NCBI GenBank assembly: GCA_900547195.1
Contig: URFQ01000002.1
Location: forward strand, 19,175 to 83,174
DNA length: 64,000 bases
Direction: 5' to 3'
Source: an uncultured Butyricicoccus sp.
GTDB lineage: Bacteria; Bacillota; Clostridia; Oscillospirales; Butyricicoccaceae
Below, in pieces: positions 31,168-39,949 of the stretch (within the stretch, counting starts at the first letter, position 1; every line of letters starts with the position of its first letter). The translations under genes and the position numbers were made by a program. The notes under the pieces were generated by a model. It did no database searches, was not told the origin of the DNA, and saw only the letters and a list, made by a program, of their open reading frames with translations.

Positions 31168-32781
31168 TTAAAGCATGGATGCCAGGCCGAGAGGGGAGAA
31201 CAGCCAGTAAACAGCCAGCATGCAGATCATGCACAGGATGCTGGCGGGCTTGGCATACTTCCACGGGGTCAGGTCAACTGCGCCGACATCCTCCAAAATG
31301 AAATCGGTATCGCGGGGCTTGAGCTTGCCGACAACCATCATAAGGATCATATCCACAATAAACAGGACGGACAGGATCCACAGATAATGGACATGAATGC
31401 CAATGTACGGCAGCAGGTGGCTCAGGGCATACAGGACGACGTGGGAAACCAGCGTGACCTTGGGCGCAAGGGCCGGGATGCGCTTGGAATAGAAGCCGCA
31501 CAGTACCGTGGCAAGGATCGGCATGGAGTAAAAGCCAAAGCAGTCCTGCAGGAAGTCATACAGGCCGCTGGGCGCGTTGATGACGAATGGGGCAACAACG
31601 ATCGCGATGACGGCCAGGACGGTGCCAAACTTTTTGCCGACTCTGACCAGATGCGCGTCGTCGCAGGTTTTGTTAAACAGCGGGCGATGGAAGTCCAGCG
31701 TATACAGGGTGACGCAGCTGTTGAGCGCCGAGTTGAAGGAGGACAGGATCGCGCCGAACAGCACGGCGGCGAAGAAGCCGAGCAGCCACTGCGGCATCAC
31801 ATGGGAAACCAGCATCGGGTAGGCCGCGTCGGTGTTGTCCATCAGGCTGCCGCCAAAAAAACGGAAGGCGAGCAGGCCGCAGATGGTGATAAAAAATGGG
31901 TCGACCAGCTTGAGAAAACCGGTAAAGATGGCGCCTTTTTGGGAATGCGCGAGGCTTTTGCCGGCCAGCGCACGCTGGATGATGGACTGGTTGGTGCACC
32001 AGTAGAACAGGTTATTGAAGGTCATACCGAGGAACAGCACCGGCCATGGAACCATGGGGGGCAGCGCATTCGCGGGGTTTATAGAGTTAAACTTTTCGGC
32101 CGGCACATTGGCGACAAAATCTTTGATACCCGCGATAAAGCTGCCGCCGCCCATCATGCAGATGGCGAGGACCGGGACAAGGAAGCCGCCGATCAGCAGG
32201 CCGGCCCCGTTGACGGTATCGGAAACTGCGACCGCTTTCAGGCCGCCGAAAATCGCGTAAATCGCGCCGATGACGCCGATGCCGAAGCACAGGATGGCAA
32301 TCGCCTGAAACTGGGTGATGCCGAGAAGCTGGTCGATATTAAAAATGCGGTTGAAGGCCAGCGCACCCGAATAGAGGACGGTCGGCAGGTAGGTCAGCAG
32401 ATAGCCAAGCAGGAAAAGGAACGAAATGATGCGCTTGACGGTCGCGTCATAGCGCTGCTCGAGAAACTCCGGGATGGTGGTAATGCCCGCCTTAAGATAG
32501 CGCGGCAGGAACACCATGGCGAGACATAGCAGCGCAAATGCCGAGGCAACCGACCAGTTCATGGCGCCCATGTTGGTGGCGTAGCTTTGGCCGGTCTGTC
32601 CAACAAGCTGTTCGGTGGACAGATTGGTGAGCTCCAGAGAGCCGGCGATAACCAGGCCGCTCAAGCCGCGGCCGGCGAGGAAGTAGCCTTCCTGTGAGTC
32701 CAGTTTATCGTCGCGGGTCTTATACCAGGAGATAACGGCGACCAGCACGGTAAAAAGGACGAAAGTTGCGATAATAAACAT
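31168..32781 (-). CDS. Solute:sodium symporter (YidK-like)
   Basis: GYFLAGRGL, TNLSTEQLVG, YWCTNQSIIQRAL, GAILSSFNSALNS; start at MFIIATF. Confidence 0.92.
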   Translation of the reverse strand: MFIIATFVLFTVLVAVISWYKTRDDKLDSQEGYFLAGRGLSGLVIAGSLELTNLSTEQLVGQTGQSYATNMGAMNWSVASAFALLCLAMVFLPRYLKAGITTIPEFLEQRYDATVKRIISFLFLLGYLLTYLPTVLYSGALAFNRIFNIDQLLGITQFQAIAILCFGIGVIGAIYAIFGGLKAVAVSDTVNGAGLLIGGFLVPVLAICMMGGGSFIAGIKDFVANVPAEKFNSINPANALPPMVPWPVLFLGMTFNNLFYWCTNQSIIQRALAGKSLAHSQKGAIFTGFLKLVDPFFITICGLLAFRFFGGSLMDNTDAAYPMLVSHVMPQWLLGFFAAVLFGAILSSFNSALNSCVTLYTLDFHRPLFNKTCDDAHLVRVGKKFGTVLAVIAIVVAPFVINAPSGLYDFLQDCFGFYSMPILATVLCGFYSKRIPALAPKVTLVSHVVLYALSHLLPYIGIHVHYLWILSVLFIVDMILMMVVGKLKPRDTDFILEDVGAVDLTPWKYAKPASILCMICMLAVYWLFSPLGLASML

Positions 32782-33189
32782 ACTTTTTCCCCTTCTGTGA
32801 TCAGATAAATTTGCGTGCAGATGAATTTCGGCCGAAATCCCCTTGGCTTGGAACGCATTTATCGTAACACGAACTTTTGCCGGGCGCAACTAAGGTGCAC
32901 AAAGCGGAAACTGGCAATTTGTATAGGTTGCATAACGTTTTTTTGCATAAAAAAAAGCTGCTTTTTTGGAGGTAATGCACAAGAACGTGAAAAAAGGTTG
33001 CTTTTTTCGGTACATGATTTCGAAAAAATGGCTTCCAAAAAATATAACTCCGAAAAAAAACAAAGAAATGGGTATGCACACAGAGAAAAAGAGGATAATT
33101 TTTCGAAATGATCGAATACAAACTCTAAATTTAAAGAACTGGAAAATAAAAATGAAACCGCCCCCGCCGGGAACCCGGCGGGGGCGATG

Positions 33190-33404
33190 CAGACTGTCAA
33201 AAAAGTCCTTCGCGCCGCAGCGCGCTTTAAACAGGTTTTCGCCGCTTGCGGCGAAAACCATAAAAACCCGCGACATGTGCGTGGGTTTTTATACAAACCG
33301 ACGGCAAGTGTGCCCGTAAGGGCGCGCGCAGCCGCCGGAATACTCGATCGAAAGCGTGGTTTCGATCGAAGGCTGTTCGAAAAACATAGTTTTTCGACAG
33401 CCTC
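33190..33404. mobile_element. MITE-like repeat copy 2 flanked by a duplicated 34-bp terminator
   Basis: Direct repeat aaccgcccccgccggga(a/t)cccggcgggggcgatg at 33156-33189 and 33405-33438; ends cagactgtcaaaaaa / tttttcgacagcct; homologous (inverted) to 43138-43405. Confidence 0.85.
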
Positions 33405-33439
33405 AACCGCCCCCGCCGGGATCCCGGCGGGGGCGATGG

Positions 33440-34300
33440 CTATCCAAGGGGAAGTTCGCGGTATTGCTGGGGCGAAATACCGACCTTTTCAGTAAATGCG
33501 CTGACAAAGCTGGACGAACTGCCGTAGCCACTGTCCTCCGCAATCTTTTTGACCGGCATTGAGGAGGTTTTGAGCATATATTTAGCGTGCTCCATACGAA
33601 GCTGGATAACATACTCGTGGGGGGTGCAGCCAAGCTCGCGCTGGAACAGCCGAATGAGGTATGAGGTGCTGAGACCCACCGATCCTGCGATGGCCGAAAG
33701 GGTCAGGCTGCGGCTGGTCAGGTTACTGCGGATGAAGCTGACGGCCCGCTGTACAGCGTTGTTGCCCTCATTTTGAGGCTCGGCCGCGTCGGGCATCAGG
33801 CGGCAAAGAATCTCATGAATTTGGTAGGAAAGCTCGGATGCAACTGGCGTTTTGTTGCATTTAAACTGGCTGAGAATGGCGCGCATGATCGCGCCGATGC
33901 GCGCGCCGCCGCTGACCTGAAACACCGCGCCGCAGTGCTGGGTCAGGTAGCTGCACAGCTCGGAGGAATTGCAGCCGCCAATGTGCATCCAGTAAAACTC
34001 GGCATAGCGCTCCGTGTAGTAGTGGTGAGGCTCGTTGCGGTCAATCAGGATCACACTGCCGGACGGCGCAACGTAATGTTTGCCCTGATAATCCACGCAT
34101 AATTCACCCTGTTCGACGTACATGGCAACAATCCGGTCAACCTGCTGGCCGCGCACGCGGTAGCCTGTTTCGCAGTAATAATGGCCGCACATGGCGATGT
34201 AGTAGTGCAGCAGCAGGGTAGTCTCTGAGATTTCATGAAAAAAGTATTCAGATCCGGTCATGACGCCGGGTTCGGTTCCGCTGATACGCAAGGCGCACAC
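33440..34300 (-). CDS. AraC family transcriptional regulator
   Basis: Cupin N-domain and C-terminal double HTH (LSTSYLIRLF, IAEDSGYGSSSSFVSAF...GISPQQYR). Confidence 0.92.
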   Translation of the reverse strand: MCALRISGTEPGVMTGSEYFFHEISETTLLLHYYIAMCGHYYCETGYRVRGQQVDRIVAMYVEQGELCVDYQGKHYVAPSGSVILIDRNEPHHYYTERYAEFYWMHIGGCNSSELCSYLTQHCGAVFQVSGGARIGAIMRAILSQFKCNKTPVASELSYQIHEILCRLMPDAAEPQNEGNNAVQRAVSFIRSNLTSRSLTLSAIAGSVGLSTSYLIRLFQRELGCTPHEYVIQLRMEHAKYMLKTSSMPVKKIAEDSGYGSSSSFVSAFTEKVGISPQQYRELPLG

Positions 34301-34767
34301 CTCCTTTTTTCCATAATTTTATCATATCATTTGTTCGGTGAAAAGGCAACTAGAAAAATTGTACTTGCGTTTTGAAAAATTGCATTCATTTTCTATTCTT
34401 GCTATTATAATTTCTTAAAAAAATTGACTTGCACGACGAAAAAAGGTCATTTTTACGAAATTCATTTTCGAAAAAAGCGAGCGTCAATGAAAAAAATTGT
34501 GCAGGGTGCTTAAAGGAGACGGACGATTTTAAGTCAAATTGCATTATAAAAATTGCACAAAAAACGCGAAATCAACTTATTATTTTGATTGCAACATGTA
34601 AAAGATTGTGATATCCTTAAATCACGCAAAACAACCGACCGGATGGTCGCCAAACAGCGTGCCGATTGCGCAAGAATGCAAAACGCAGATGCAGCGCAAA
34701 ACCGGTAGCTGAAAAACCATTAATTGATCTTGCTGTTTGATTGCTCGTTCCAAAATACATAGAAGAC

Positions 34768-34825
34768 ACCCTGCAAACGCTTCCCGCTGGGTGCAGATTG
34801 CCCGCGAAGAATTGGCGAAGGTCTA
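34768..34825. repeat. 58-bp inverted repeat, copy B (orphan gene tail upstream of the ABC operon)
   Basis: Encodes PANASRWVQIAREELAKVY, then AGA TGA. Confidence 0.9.
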
Positions 34826-34919
34826 CAGATGATTTCCCGGGACGGATGTCCCAACCTGTTTCGTCTCTGCATGCAAGTGTGCATGAGAAATAGAAAAACT
34901 GAGAAGAGAGGTAGAAGAC

Positions 34920-35951
34920 ATGAAAAAAAGAAGACTTCTGGCGGCCCTGGCGGCTGCGGCAATGAGCGTAACGATGCTGGCAGGCTGCGGCGGCGACAAG
35001 CCTGCGGCAAGCGGCTCCGGCTCGGCCGCAAAATCGGGCGGCGGAGACGGCGGCCTCAACATGACCATGATCATTGCGTCGCGCGATGAGTTCATGAGCA
35101 CACTGGAGGCAAGCTGCAAGGACGCAGCCAAGGATATGGGAATTAACATGACCACGCAGGACGCGCAGTTTGACACCAGCAAAATGCTGCAGTACATCGA
35201 GACTGCGCGCAACAACGGCGAGGACGCGGTCATCATCAACATCGTGGACCCGGAAACCGCGCAGCAGTGCATTGACGCGGCCGGCGATATGAAGGTTGTT
35301 TTTGTAAACCGCTCGCTGGATGAATCGGTTTATTCCCAGTTCGATGAAAATGTCTGCGGCGTATGGTCGGACGAGGATACTTCGGGCTATTATCAAGGCG
35401 AATATCTGGCGAAATACTTTAAGGATCAGGGCAAGACCGACGTCAAGTACATCATGATGTGCGGCACTCTGGGCCAGGTCTACACCACCAAGCGTACCGA
35501 AGGCGCGATTAAGGCGCTGAAGGACAACGGCATCAACCCAATTCCGGCAACCGCTGACCTCGTTGGCGAATATGACCGCGCAACCGCGATGGATCAGATT
35601 TCTCCGTTGGTTGACACCGTTGAGTACGATACCGTTATCTGCAACAACGACGCAATGGCGCTTGGCGTTGTCGAGGCGCTGAAGGCAAAGGGCATTGACC
35701 CGGCTACCAAGATGGTTGTAGGTATCGACGCGACCGTTGACGGCGTAGAAGCAGTTGTAAACGGCGAAATGGCAATGACCGTATTCCAGGACCCGGTAGG
35801 TCAGGGCTTCGGCGCATTGATGGCTGCCGCCAACATGTGCAACGGCAAGCCGATCAACGACGGCACAGATTATGAGACCGACGAGACCGGCCGTCTGGTA
35901 TGGGTTCCGTTTGAGCCGGTATATTCGGAAAATGTGGCGGATTACCAGTAA
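34920..35951 (+). CDS. Sugar ABC transporter substrate-binding lipoprotein (MglB/RbsB-like)
   Basis: Lipobox LAGC, VVFVNR, ICNNDAMALG, VVGIDAT, MTVFQD. Confidence 0.9.
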   Translation: MKKRRLLAALAAAAMSVTMLAGCGGDKPAASGSGSAAKSGGGDGGLNMTMIIASRDEFMSTLEASCKDAAKDMGINMTTQDAQFDTSKMLQYIETARNNGEDAVIINIVDPETAQQCIDAAGDMKVVFVNRSLDESVYSQFDENVCGVWSDEDTSGYYQGEYLAKYFKDQGKTDVKYIMMCGTLGQVYTTKRTEGAIKALKDNGINPIPATADLVGEYDRATAMDQISPLVDTVEYDTVICNNDAMALGVVEALKAKGIDPATKMVVGIDATVDGVEAVVNGEMAMTVFQDPVGQGFGALMAAANMCNGKPINDGTDYETDETGRLVWVPFEPVYSENVADYQ

Positions 35952-36046
35952 GCTTTTTCCGTGCGAGAAGGGACATGGCCATGTCCCTTCTCTGCATCAT
36001 GCACAAACAGGCTTTTCACTGAAACAGAAGGGGTGAGCATCATCAT

Positions 36047-37555
36047 ATGAGCGAATATATCCTGCAAATGCTCGATATCGTCAAAGAATTCCCGGGGGTG
36101 CGCGCGCTCAAGGGCGTACAGCTGAACGTCCGGCCGGGCACGGTCCACACACTGATGGGCGAAAATGGCGCCGGTAAATCCACGCTGATGAAATGCCTGA
36201 TCGGTATTCAGGCTCCCACATCGGGCAAAATTATTTACGACGGCAAAGAAGTACATTTTAAAACCACGCTGGAAGCCATGAACGCGGGCATTTCCATGAT
36301 CCATCAGGAATTGTCGCCAGTACCGGAGCGCAGCGTGTGCGACAACGTCTGGCTGGGCCGCGAACCGCGCAAGGGGCTGGTTGTCGACCACAAGAAAATG
36401 CGCGCCGACTGCATCGAGCTGTTCAAAAAGCTGGGCCTCGACCTCGATCCGGACGCCAAAATGGGCGACCTCACGGTAGCCAAGATGCAGATGGTGGAAA
36501 TTGCCAAGGCGGTTTCCTATGATTCCCGGATCGTTATCATGGATGAGCCGACCTCATCCCTGACTGACGCCGAGGTTGAACACCTGTTCCGCATCATTGC
36601 GGATCTAAAGGCGAAAAATGTTGCAATTATTTATATTTCGCACAAAATGGATGAAATTTTCCGCATTTCGGACGATATCACGGTCTACCGAGACGGCGAA
36701 TATGTCGCCACGGATCGTGCGGAAAACCTGAACGTTGATAAAGTGATTACCCTGATGGTTGGCCGTGAGATGACCTCCATGTTTCCGAAAGTCGACTGCC
36801 CGATTGGCGAGACCATTTTCAAGGTGGAAAATCTGGCTGCGGGCAAGGCGGTCAAAAACGTATCGTTCGAGCTGCACCGCGGCGAAATCCTGGGCATGGC
36901 CGGCCTGGTCGGCGCGGGGCGCACCGAGACGGCGGAGGCCATTTTCGGTATGCGGCATATCACGGGCGGCAAAATCTTCAAAGATGGCAAGGAATTGCAC
37001 ATCAAATCCCCGGAGGATGCGATTGCGAATAAAATCGGCCTGCTCACGGAGGACCGCCGCGGCAACGGCATCGTTGGCCTGCTGAGCGTCAAGGAGAATA
37101 CCGTGCTCGCCAATCTCAAGGCCTATGGCTTCCCGCTCAACCACAAAAAGATGCGCGAGGATACCGAGGAGTACATCAAAAAACTGAACACTAAAACACC
37201 GACCATGGAGACACCCATTCAGAACCTGTCGGGCGGCAACCAGCAGAAGGTGCTGGTCGGCCGCTGGCTGCTGACCGATCCGGATGTCCTGATCGTCGAT
37301 GAACCTACCCGCGGCATTGATGTCGGCGCCAAGGCGGAGATTCACTCCCTGATCACCAAGCTGGCCGGCGAAGGGAAGGCGATCATCATGATTTCCTCTG
37401 AACTGCCCGAGGTCATGGGGATGGCCGACCGCATTCTGGTCATGCATGAGGGCGTCATGACCGGCATGATTGATCGCAAGGATTTCTCATCCGAGCTGAT
37501 CCTGAAGTACGCGACAAGCGAAGTGCCGTACGATCCGGCTGCCGCAAATGGATAA
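36047..37555 (+). CDS. Sugar ABC transporter ATPase (MglA/RbsA-like)
   Basis: GENGAGKSTL, MDEPTSSL, LSGGNQQKV, DEPTRGIDVGAK. Confidence 0.95.
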   Translation: MSEYILQMLDIVKEFPGVRALKGVQLNVRPGTVHTLMGENGAGKSTLMKCLIGIQAPTSGKIIYDGKEVHFKTTLEAMNAGISMIHQELSPVPERSVCDNVWLGREPRKGLVVDHKKMRADCIELFKKLGLDLDPDAKMGDLTVAKMQMVEIAKAVSYDSRIVIMDEPTSSLTDAEVEHLFRIIADLKAKNVAIIYISHKMDEIFRISDDITVYRDGEYVATDRAENLNVDKVITLMVGREMTSMFPKVDCPIGETIFKVENLAAGKAVKNVSFELHRGEILGMAGLVGAGRTETAEAIFGMRHITGGKIFKDGKELHIKSPEDAIANKIGLLTEDRRGNGIVGLLSVKENTVLANLKAYGFPLNHKKMREDTEEYIKKLNTKTPTMETPIQNLSGGNQQKVLVGRWLLTDPDVLIVDEPTRGIDVGAKAEIHSLITKLAGEGKAIIMISSELPEVMGMADRILVMHEGVMTGMIDRKDFSSELILKYATSEVPYDPAAANG

Positions 37556-37576
37556 CTGAAAGAGGGGTAAACCGTT

Positions 37577-38560
37577 ATGCAAAAAACGTTTGACAAAAAG
37601 AAATTTATCTCGCAGAACTCGATTTGGCTGGTGCTGATCGCGCTGGTAATCATCATGAGTGTTGCGCAGCCAAACTTTTTCTCGGTCAGCAACCTGACCA
37701 CGCTGCTCACCGGCGAGGCGGTCAAGGGTATCATGGCCTTTGGCGTCATGTTCGCCATCCTGTCCAAAGGCATTGACCTGACGATCGGCGCGTCCGCAGC
37801 GCTCGTCGCTTGTATCACGGCTTCGCTCGTGCAGCCGGCCGACTATGCAAACGCGCGCTTCCCGGGCCTCGGTGTGCTGCCGGTTCCGGTGGTCATCGTC
37901 ATCGGCCTCGCGGTCGGCGCTGTCATTGGCGCGATCTATGGCGCAATCATCGCCTATACCAAAATCCCCCCGTTTATCGCAACCCTGGGCGCGCAGCTTA
38001 TCTGCCGCGCGAGCGCTAAAATGTTCACGAACCGCCCGATTTCCAACCTCGACGAGGGCTTCCGCTTCTTTGGCGCGGGTAAAATCGGCGGTTTCCCGGT
38101 GATCATCCTGGTATTCATCCTCATGTACGCCATTTCGGCGTTCCTGCTCACACAGACCCGTTTTGGCAAGAATGTGTACGCCATTGGCGGCAACGATCAG
38201 GCGGCGCGCGTGGCCGGTATCAACGTTGAGAAAAACCTGATCAAGGTGTATATCTGGTGTTCGCTGTGCGCAGCCATTGGCGGCATCCTGCTGGCCGGGC
38301 GTTCCGGTTCTGCCGACTCCGCAAACTCGGGCCTGAACTATGAGTTGGACGCCATCGCGGCAGCCACCGTGGGCGGCACCTCTCACACCGGCGGTATTTG
38401 CCGCGTTTCCGGCGTCCTGGCTGGTATCCTGATTCTGGGCGTTATCAACAACGGCCTCGTTATGCTGAAGGTGGACGATAACATGACCAATATCGTCAAG
38501 GGTCTCATCATCGTCGGTTCGGTGATCCTCGATATGCGCAAAAACGCAAAGCGTGCGTAA
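37577..38560 (+). CDS. Sugar ABC transporter permease (MglC/RbsC-like)
   Basis: GIDL, IPPFIATLG, YAIGGN..AARVAGINV, YELDAIAA. Confidence 0.93.
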   Translation: MQKTFDKKKFISQNSIWLVLIALVIIMSVAQPNFFSVSNLTTLLTGEAVKGIMAFGVMFAILSKGIDLTIGASAALVACITASLVQPADYANARFPGLGVLPVPVVIVIGLAVGAVIGAIYGAIIAYTKIPPFIATLGAQLICRASAKMFTNRPISNLDEGFRFFGAGKIGGFPVIILVFILMYAISAFLLTQTRFGKNVYAIGGNDQAARVAGINVEKNLIKVYIWCSLCAAIGGILLAGRSGSADSANSGLNYELDAIAAATVGGTSHTGGICRVSGVLAGILILGVINNGLVMLKVDDNMTNIVKGLIIVGSVILDMRKNAKRA

Positions 38561-38619
38561 GTTCTTCACCTCTATTCCGTGCCGTCCGCACCAAACGGGC
38601 GGCACATTTTTTTGCGCTG

Positions 38620-38659
38620 AAAAGGGCGCGCTGCAAACCGTTTGCAGCGCGCCCTTTTT
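38620..38659. terminator. Bidirectional terminator
   Basis: aaaagggcgcgctgcaaa-ccg-tttgcagcgcgcccttttt. Confidence 0.8.
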
Positions 38660-38673
38660 GGTTTGATGAGGGG

Positions 38674-39231
38674 TTATCCCGCCAGATGCAATGCAATGCC
38701 CACGACCGCAGAGGCCGCGATATAGACGATCGGGTGTTTATTAAATTTCTTGACTGTCACATACAGAATCACAGCCAGCGCTACCTGCGGCCATCGGATA
38801 CCGGCCGGCAGGCTGACTGCTGCGGGGGCAAAAAAGGTGGATTTGACCACCAGGAACCCCGCTGCCGCGATCAGGCCGGTGGATGCCGGACGCAGGCCGT
38901 AAAACAAATCATCCACCAGGCGGCTGTCGCGAAAACGTTCGAGAACGCGCGAGATCAGGATAATGATCACAATCGAGGGCGCGATTAGGCCGACGGTGGA
39001 TGTGACGGCGCCGACGAGGCCGTCGGTGAGAAAGCCGACATAGGTGGCAGCATTGACGCCGATCGGTCCGGGCGTGGATTCGGAAACCGCAATGAGGTTC
39101 GTGATATCGGTATGCGTGAACCAGCCGGTTTTGTCGGAAATATCATAGAGGAAGGGCAGGGTGGCCAGTCCGCCGCCGATGGAAAACAGGCCGACTTTGA
39201 AGAATTCGTAAAACAGGCGCAGGAGGATCAT
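38674..39231 (-). CDS. Short-chain chromate transporter (CHR family) subunit
   Basis: GLFSIGGG, SESTPGPIGVNAATYVG. Confidence 0.9.
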   Translation of the reverse strand: MILLRLFYEFFKVGLFSIGGGLATLPFLYDISDKTGWFTHTDITNLIAVSESTPGPIGVNAATYVGFLTDGLVGAVTSTVGLIAPSIVIIILISRVLERFRDSRLVDDLFYGLRPASTGLIAAAGFLVVKSTFFAPAAVSLPAGIRWPQVALAVILYVTVKKFNKHPIVYIAASAVVGIALHLAG

Positions 39232-39797
39232 GCGTTTCCACCTCCCGGCGCACGGCCGAGCGCGCGCAGGACAACGCCCGCAATACCGGAGAGTACGACC
39301 ATGACCACCGGGGAGACGTCTAGGCCCGCCAGATCAAGCGCCACAGAGCCGCCGAACACGGCGAGGAAGATGCCGAGCGTACCGCGGCTGACGACCGATT
39401 TTTTCCATAGCTTAAGCACCGCGTTGAAGATCAGCACGCAAACGCACACGCTGATGCCCGCAAACGCATTCTGCACGGCCGGATACTCGGCAAAATTTTG
39501 TAAACAGGCCGCGATGATCGAAATAATGACCAGCGAGGGGAATGCGACGCCGAGCGTGGCGATCACGCCGCCCGCCACGCCGCGGCGACGGTAGCCGATG
39601 AAAGTCGCCGTATTTACGGCAATGACGCCGGGGGTGCACTGGCCGATTGCATAATAATCGGCCAGTTCCTCCTCAGTCGCCCAATGGTACCGTTCGACGA
39701 TTTCGCGCTGCAGCATGGGCAGCATCGCGTAGCCGCCGCCGAAGGTCAGCCCGCCAATGCGCGCAAAAGTGAGAAACAGGGTGATGAGTTCCTTCAA
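39228..39797 (-). CDS. Short-chain chromate transporter (CHR family) subunit
   Basis: TFGGGYAMLP, GQCTPGVIAVNTATFIG; probable TTG start after aaggag. Confidence 0.9.
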   Translation of the reverse strand: MKELITLFLTFARIGGLTFGGGYAMLPMLQREIVERYHWATEEELADYYAIGQCTPGVIAVNTATFIGYRRRGVAGGVIATLGVAFPSLVIISIIAACLQNFAEYPAVQNAFAGISVCVCVLIFNAVLKLWKKSVVSRGTLGIFLAVFGGSVALDLAGLDVSPVVMVVLSGIAGVVLRALGRAPGGGNA

Positions 39798-39909
39798 AAC
39801 AAGGTCAGCTCCTTTATGGGTCTTATCTTTTTCATTTCCATCGACCATTATACAGGACTGCCCTTCATTTTGCCAGACGTCACCGGGTAAATTTCCCGTT
39901 CAGACCGGG

Positions 39910-39949
39910 TTATCCACAGATCTTGCAGTATTCCACAGAGTTATCCACA
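39910..39949 (+). promoter_or_regulatory. DnaA-box cluster 1 (three boxes)
   Basis: ttatccaca 39910-39918, tattccaca 39929-39937 (7/9), ttatccaca 39941-39949. Confidence 0.75.

Noticed and set aside
30526..32529. 667-aa plus-strand ORF and similar long antisense ORFs (3339-4484, 11283-12527, 39923-41227, 51725-53203, 53223-54632)
   Set aside because: Shadow frames opposite well-supported genes in GC-rich DNA, with no recognisable motifs.
32801..33633. Small ORFs across the SSS promoter and MITE copy 2 (also 43060-43568)
   Set aside because: They are translations of AT-rich promoter DNA and repeat sequence; shared peptides reflect the repeat.
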